A stretch of 64,000 bases of DNA from an uncultured Gemmatimonadales bacterium (GTDB lineage Bacteria; Gemmatimonadota; Gemmatimonadetes; Longimicrobiales; RSA9): positions 31,525 to 95,524 of the forward strand of contig CAWCRS010000009.1 in NCBI GenBank assembly GCA_963798085.1, written 5' to 3'. Within the stretch, counting starts at the first letter, position 1. Each line of letters opens with the position of its first letter. The notes under the pieces are model-generated. The model saw only the letters and a program-made list of their open reading frames with translations, was not told the DNA's origin and made no database searches. A program made the position numbers and the translations under genes. Positions 59,301 to 64,000 of this stretch are shown here, one piece after another.

Positions 59301-59800
59301 AAGCGGCGGGTCGCGGGCGCACGGACAGCGAACTGCGGGATGCGTGTCGCGCGCTGCTGCTGGCCAGCGAGGACCGTCCCGTGGACGCCCACGGCGAGCC
59401 GCTCGAACTGGATCCGCTGCTCAATGTCGTCGCATCGGTCACGCGCTCAGCCGTGTGGCAACGCGCGCGCGCGGCCGCACGCATGCTCGTCGAAGTGCCA
59501 TTCGCGCTGGCCTTGCCGGCACAGGAATACGCGGACGCATTCGTGCCTGCGGATGCGGCCGGCAAGGCGCCCACCGAAGTCATCGACGGCGTGATCGATC
59601 TGATCTTCCGCGAGGACGGTGGCTGGATCGTCGTCGACTACAAGTCCGACCGCGCGGGCGGCAACGTCGATGCAACAACGAAGGCGCAGTACCGCAGCCA
59701 GGTCGATCTCTATGGCCGCTGCTGGGCGCGGCTCACGGGCGAACCCGTCGCGCAATGCATGATCCTGTTCACCGCCGATGGCAGCACGTTATCGTGGTGA
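56309..59800 (+). CDS. addA: AddA-like UvrD helicase-nuclease
   Basis: EAGAGAGKT, TFTRKAA.EL, TIHSF, VDEFQDT, VGDPKQSIYRFR, HQAKGLE, LLYVAATRA, GVIDL...VDYKS. Confidence 0.88.
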   Translation: MSGPPDNTQFDLFRGVLRAPEPATAQATAPVPSPAGAEAERLLPDAAERRRIAQDLRANLLVEAGAGAGKTTQMVERMVALVRSGVRVDRIAAVTFTRKAAAELRERFQTGLEMALRAAHPTNAPLAVALHARATAGAGGADGPVRDVAGEGEEGAPVRDATDVAYTLDRALREIDRAFIGTIHSFCARLLRERPLEAGVDPDFRETFTVEQERLKHEYFATHVERLAAAGDELLADLARVGLRPDQLRKLFDQLTEHADVTFAAPEAPRPDPAAARRLLSELLDEALTLLPDRQPERGWDELQSTIRRLRFYRNVVGWNDDVRFLHGLAETLASAPRPVFRRWGAQSQRDVRRVSQQLRDYAGPQGEGGRVLRQWWAHRYPIALRFARGAAQAFEHERLRTGALAFQDLLLSTRKLLRDSPNARIELGERYRHVLVDEFQDTDPVQAEVLFLLASPPDSGPAGDWRLAVPREGALFVVGDPKQSIYRFRRADITTYNQVKRRFQEFGGVVKLTANFRSRPAIEKLVDSVFRQRFPAEATAEQAAFAPLQVQKREQPGRVFSYRLVKTSDRPRQDELAAQDAARVGSWIETRIRSGERRPGDFLVLTRLKKHLIAYAREIEARNLPVQVTGGGVGIEEEVAELRMLLSALADPGNPMRLVAVLTGLFFGLDFEQLAAHVLDRAGRLDFTDLPSSPATEVEHALAALHAYWRLAKEEPADIVVATIVYEMGLLPYAAAGELGESRAGALLFVLEAVRVAALGGDASLEGAIIAIDAALDAREAEAPLEPGRDDVIRVMNLHQAKGLESDIVLLVSPFGEREPVPALHVRRQESGSAEGWILVTESRRRWNDTVLARPADWDEHESAELAFGRAEADRLLYVAATRAREELGVARYDEPVQSPWSLFYGFLDTEFEQLDFTIEPQPPRARLEASAEDVTSQVARTDERRKALATPGYRAAAVRTRVKGDAAAAPEAIVLRPINADDDGMAWGKLVHGALEAAGRGRTDSELRDACRALLLASEDRPVDAHGEPLELDPLLNVVASVTRSAVWQRARAAARMLVEVPFALALPAQEYADAFVPADAAGKAPTEVIDGVIDLIFREDGGWIVVDYKSDRAGGNVDATTKAQYRSQVDLYGRCWARLTGEPVAQCMILFTADGSTLSW

Positions 59801-59822
59801 CGGACCCGCAATGGTGGAAGCG

Positions 59823-60476
59823 ATGTCGATAGGAAGCACGCTGCGCGCACTCGTGACGATGGGCCAGGGAACCGTGGTCGGGCTGGATGAGCTGCAGGCG
59901 GGGAGTGATCCCATCGCGCTGTTCCACGAATGGTTCGGCGCCGCGCGCGAGAGCGGCATACTGCTGCCCGAAGCCATGACGCTGGCCACCGCGACGAAGG
60001 AGGGCATGCCTTCCGCCCGCATGGTGCTGCTCAAGAGCGCCGACACGGATGGCTTCGTGTTCTACACCAATTACGACAGCCGCAAGGCCGGCGAGCTGGA
60101 GGCGAATCCGCAGGCGGCGCTCTGCTTCCACTGGGCCGTGCTGCAGCGCCAGGTACGCGTGGAAGGCGATGTCACGCGCGTGTCGAGCGAAGAGTCGGAG
60201 GCGTATTTCCGCACTCGTGCGCGCGGCAGCCGCATCGGCGCCTGGGCTTCGCAGCAGAGCGCAACACTGGAAGATCGCGCGCTGCTCGAGGAACGCGTGC
60301 GCCGGTACGAACAGCAGTATCCAGGCGACGACGTGCCGCTGCCTCCGTTCTGGGGCGGCTACCGCGTCGCGCCCCGCCGCATCGAGTTCTGGCAGGGTCG
60401 CGTGAGCCGCCTGCACGACCGCCTGCTGTACCTGCGCCAGCCGGACGGCTGGCGCGTGCAGCGCCTCTACCCGTAG
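59823..60476 (+). CDS. pdxH: Pyridoxamine 5'-phosphate oxidase
   Basis: PSARMVLLK, FYTNYDSRK, RQVRVEG, WGGYR, EFWQGR..RLHDR, RLYP. Confidence 0.97.
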   Translation: MSIGSTLRALVTMGQGTVVGLDELQAGSDPIALFHEWFGAARESGILLPEAMTLATATKEGMPSARMVLLKSADTDGFVFYTNYDSRKAGELEANPQAALCFHWAVLQRQVRVEGDVTRVSSEESEAYFRTRARGSRIGAWASQQSATLEDRALLEERVRRYEQQYPGDDVPLPPFWGGYRVAPRRIEFWQGRVSRLHDRLLYLRQPDGWRVQRLYP

Positions 60477-60964
60477 GCCTCCTCCGCTCTCTTCACCGCG
60501 GACGACGCGGAGGCCTCGGGGTGGCGCTGAAGGAACGGCTTTCTTTGCAACGGCGACGGATTGCGGACGGATTACGGGATCACACTACGGCAGCGGGTTG
60601 CGGCCACTTTGGCGCGAGGGATCGGCAGCGGATTACAGCAGCGGGGTTGCGGCAACGGGATGCGGCGACGGATCTGCAGTGGCATAACGGTGCATTAACT
60701 CGGGATGCGCGTGGCGGGGCTGGATTGGCGGGGGCGGATCGCTGATTGACGCAGGTGAATGGGAGCAAGGCGGCAGATCGGGCGACGATCCGAAGGCAAT
60801 GGACGTACGTGGCGCTTGCTGCGTGTGAAAGCGGCAGCGCTTCCGGGACAGAGGCGTGGGTGGTGCGGGGCGTGACGCGGAACGACGGTCAGCACGGGCA
60901 GCGTCTGGCGCGAGTAGACAACTGCCCGTGCGGAGCGTCACGTCGAGGCGGCGGTTGCGGGGGG

Positions 60965-61852
60965 CTAACTGCCTGTTCCGGAAACGGCGGCGACCAGACG
61001 GTCGAGGGCGCCCGCCATCCAGGCGTTCACGACGTCCCGTGCCGGCGGCTGCCCGGACCAGCAGGCGAGGCGCAGGGCCAGCATGCGGTGCTGCGGGCCG
61101 GCGGAGAATGCCTTCAGCTCGAGTGCACCTTCCAGCTCGTCCCAGGACAGCAGCGACTCGTGGTCGGCCAGCGCCAGCACGCGGCCGTGCAGTGGCTGTG
61201 CCAGCTCGCGCAGCTGGAAGGCGACAGGCTGATCCACCCGGTCCGGTGCAAATGATCCGTTAGTCGATGTCGGTAATGTGAGCCAGTCGGCCAGGCGCCG
61301 CGGCTCACGGAAGCAGGCCGCCGCCTGTGCCCACTCGAAGCCGGCCGGACGGGCCATGAAGTACACGGTACGCCGCCGCGCGAAGTGATTCTCGAGGTAG
61401 TACCGCAGCTGCGCCAGCGCCAGCTTCCAGCCGGAATCGATCCCCGCCCACTGGCCGTCCCATTCTTCTTCTCCAAACCCTGAGTTGGTCATCTCAATGA
61501 CCGTCTCGCCGGCTTCCGTGCGCACCACGATCTCCTGCGTCATGGGCGGACGGCCGGGGAAGTTGACACGCAGTACCAGCCGCTCGCCGGGCACTGATTC
61601 GACAACCTCATGGCGCACCTCCATCCCGAAAGCGGGGAAGCGGTGCACGATGGTATCGCCCGGAACTGCCCGGCCTTCGGCTTCATCGGCGAACCACCCC
61701 TGCACGATCTGCGGGTCCGCAAAGGCACGCCACGCCTGGGTGGGTGATGCGTTCGTGCGTATCTCGCGGCGGTCGCTCCAGGCGGCGGGCGGCGCCTCAC
61801 CGCTGGGCCGGGACTCGGGCCGCGAATCGGGTTGGGGCGGAGTTGGACTCAC
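60965..61852 (-). CDS. Tandem SRPBCC/AHSA1 domain protein
   Basis: WRAFADP...WF, NSGFG, GIDSGW..L.QLRYYLE; second degenerate domain. Confidence 0.8.
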   Translation of the reverse strand: MSPTPPQPDSRPESRPSGEAPPAAWSDRREIRTNASPTQAWRAFADPQIVQGWFADEAEGRAVPGDTIVHRFPAFGMEVRHEVVESVPGERLVLRVNFPGRPPMTQEIVVRTEAGETVIEMTNSGFGEEEWDGQWAGIDSGWKLALAQLRYYLENHFARRRTVYFMARPAGFEWAQAAACFREPRRLADWLTLPTSTNGSFAPDRVDQPVAFQLRELAQPLHGRVLALADHESLLSWDELEGALELKAFSAGPQHRMLALRLACWSGQPPARDVVNAWMAGALDRLVAAVSGTGS

Positions 61853-61918
61853 AGTGCCTCTCCTGTTCCTCGGGTTGCTGCGTTAATCGTGGGTTAATAC
61901 GGCTCGGAATCGCTGCGT

Positions 61919-62641
61919 TCAGGCGCGATCGCGGCCGGGCCTGGCTGCAGGTGCCCTGGCGCGCGCCGGCCGCCTGCGTGCGCCCACTGCGCGCGTCATC
62001 GCGGGCGCGGGCGCGTCCACAGCGGGAGCGGGCGCGGGATGACAGAAGACGACCAGGCGGTGCGGGCGGCCCGGACCGGGCTCGCCGTCCGGCAGCCGCT
62101 CGGGACTCGTGTGGTCCCGCACGACACTCGCGATTGCTGTGCTCAACGCCGTGACGAACGCCGCACGTTGTTTCGCGGACGTGAAGCGGATGTCCGCGGC
62201 GAGCGAGAGCGCGGGCAGGGAAAGGCCTTCGCTGGATGCGGCGGCCGCGGCGCGCGCGACCTCGCTCTGCGTGCGCGCCGCCACCGCGAGCAGGTGGGTG
62301 GCCCCGGCCGATTCCAGCGCCGTGGCAGCGGGCCCCGCCGGCCCCAGCACAGCCGCACCCAGCAGGTAACCGCGGGCACTCGCGACGTAAAGGCGCTCGA
62401 TCAGATTGCGCTTGCGGCGAGTGCCGGCGCGTCGCAGGAACCCCGCCTTTGCCAGCTCGCGCACATGGTAGTTCACACGCTGCCGCGGCAGCCCGAGCGC
62501 ATCGGCGATGCCACTCGCCGACATGGGCACCGCGGCGTGCCGCACAATGCTCAGCCGCAGCGGGTGCAGCAGTGTGGCTGCGCGCGTTGCGTCATCGATC
62601 CATTCCAGCTCGGTGGTGCTGGCCGTGGCCACGCTTTTCAT
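61919..62641 (-). CDS. ArsR-like winged-helix regulator
   Basis: LLHPLRLSI, LGLPRQRVNYHVREL..AG, ERLYVASAR. Confidence 0.85.
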   Translation of the reverse strand: MKSVATASTTELEWIDDATRAATLLHPLRLSIVRHAAVPMSASGIADALGLPRQRVNYHVRELAKAGFLRRAGTRRKRNLIERLYVASARGYLLGAAVLGPAGPAATALESAGATHLLAVAARTQSEVARAAAAASSEGLSLPALSLAADIRFTSAKQRAAFVTALSTAIASVVRDHTSPERLPDGEPGPGRPHRLVVFCHPAPAPAVDAPAPAMTRAVGARRRPARARAPAARPGRDRA

Positions 62642-62677
62642 GACAGCAATCATTGCACAGAAAGTATTTCCTGTCAA
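62639..62677 (-). promoter_or_regulatory. sigma70 promoter for a probably leaderless transcript, with palindrome
   Basis: TTGACA-17 bp-AATGAT-7 bp-ATG; TGACAG (62641) and CTGTCA (62671) inverted half-sites. Confidence 0.6.
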
Positions 62678-62684
62678 TAACGAC

Positions 62685-62900
62685 GGAGGGATGGGCGGGC
62701 GCGAAGAGTCAACTCAATAGGCGGCTGCTCCCGCGGAGGCGTTGGAGGGGGCGGAGTCAACTCAGGAAGCGGGTGCACCGCGAAGGGGGCGGGAGGGGCG
62801 CGAGTCAACTGAATAAGCGGCGGCACCGCGGAGGGGGTGGGAGGGGCGCGAGTCAACTGAATAAGCGGCACCGCGGAGGGCGGGAGGGCGCGAAGTCAGC
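62685..62900. repeat. Degenerate 48-bp tandem repeat (4 units plus a partial fifth)
   Basis: GAGTCAACT core at 62706, 62754, 62802 and 62850. Confidence 0.85.
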
Positions 62901-62930
62901 GGCACTGTGATCGGGTAACGGCACCGGATT

Positions 62931-63140
62931 TCGGACCGTCTTGGCATTCTTGCGTTGTGGCCGTTTCAGCGATTCCTGGGTCCCGCGCTGAAATGGCGGA
63001 GGCGGGCTTCATGGGGACGCGGGACGCGGTCGTACGCGTCCGGGACCGAAGGAAAGAATGCCAAGACGGTCCGATAAGGAGAAGGAAAGAATGCCAGGAC
63101 GGTCCGATAAGGAGAAGGAAAGAATGCCAGGACGGTCCGA
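62931..63140. repeat. Inverted repeat plus three 33-bp tandem copies, same family as 1593/1821
   Basis: TCGGACCGTCTTGGCATTCTT (62931-62951); GAAGGAAAGAATGCCARGACGGTCCGATAAGGA starting at 63048, 63081 and 63114 (third copy truncated). Confidence 0.88.
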
Positions 63141-63232
63141 CCAAGCAATGCGGGCAGTGAGACTGGCTCACTGCCCGCATTCTCCAGAGGCGTCGAAGGC
63201 GGCGACGTCTCCGCTCAACGCGGTGAAGAGGT

Positions 63233-64000
63233 CTATCGGGTTGCCGCGAGGTTTCTCACGGCGCTGGCGAGCATGCGGACGCGGGTGGCGTCGTGGGCGC
63301 CGCGGGCGTCGCTGTCGAGCTGTGTCGCCAGTTGCGTCAGTGCGGTCTGGCGCTGCGCGCCGCTGGCCTGCTGCGCGCCGGCGAGGGCCTGGCGCGCGGT
63401 GTTGATCCTGGCGCTGGCGAGGCCGTTGCCGCGCTCGAGCTGATCGAGGTAGGCACCGGCCAGCGCGAAGCTGGCGGGCCATACGAACTGTGGCTGACCC
63501 TGGGTGTTGAGGTAATCGAGGCGAACCGACTTTGCGGCGTCGATTTCATTCTGTGAGATGAAGGCGCTGGGCGTCAGCTCGAAGATGTCGAGGCCCCGTG
63601 CGATCTCGGAGCTGACCATCACCCCGTTGTACCAGTAGACGGACCACGAGCCGCCCATGGCCATGTGGGTCGAGTCCACCGGCCCGCGATCGAAGTAGGC
63701 GATCTCCTTCGGGTGCGCGGCATCGGTCCAGTCGAAGACCGAGATGCCGCCCTGATACCACGCCTGCACCATCACATCGCGGCCCGGAATCGGGAATCAG
63801 CGAGCCGTTGTGCGCCACGCAGTTTTCCTCGGGGGTCTGCGGCGCGGGCATCTTGTAATAGCTGCGGAACACCATCTTGCCGTTGATCAGCTCGAAGATG
63901 GCGTCGGCGCCCCACTCATGCCGGTCGATGCTGCGGCATTTCGGCTGTCCGCCGCCGCCCCATTCGTCGGAGAACAGCAGCTTGGTGCCGTCGTTGTTGA
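63233..64000 (-). CDS. LVIVD-repeat protein, 3' part only, frameshift near 63790
   Basis: DEWGGG, ENCVAHNGSLIP, VQAWYQGG.SVFD.TD...P.EIAYFDRGP, GGSWSVYWYNG. Confidence 0.85.

Noticed and set aside
53226-59800. Novel helicase-nuclease defence system
   Set aside because: Domain order, Fe-S cysteines and the housekeeping context (gdhA, pdxH) fit ordinary AddAB-type DNA repair.
60477-60964. ncRNA in the pdxH-SRPBCC intergenic region
   Set aside because: Only a terminator-like stem and loose GGATT/GCGG micro-repeats; no recognisable RNA family.
62685-63140. CRISPR array
   Set aside because: The sequences between the cores are near-identical rather than unique spacers, there are few units, and no cas genes are in the window.

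Overview
High-GC bacterial chromosomal window. The gene content (ADOP-type permeases with PadR, BlaI/M56, NHL/6-bladed propeller lipoproteins, VPS10 and LVIVD proteins) resembles Gemmatimonadota; this assignment is inference. About 50 CDS are supported, including gdhA, an AddAB-like pair, pdxH, msrPQ, panB, a thrC-like gene, a PDH-CM fusion, peptidases and secreted proteins. Many genes carry frameshifts, probably long-read consensus errors. No rRNA, tRNA, CRISPR array or transposase was seen. The main finding is a layered leader on the - strand at 46085-46408: a sigma70 promoter, a SAM-II-type riboswitch with an intrinsic terminator, a Met-rich leader ORF (MAMTMYMC) and a second 14-bp hairpin, all ahead of a panB-thrC-like-moaD operon. 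Other notable items are an Ig-like repeat protein with both DUF1559-type motifs (DGSVR, DGTSNT) in equivalent loops, a 22-bp inverted-repeat family at both ends of the window, and a shared sigma54-like promoter module before two coiled-coil lipoprotein genes.
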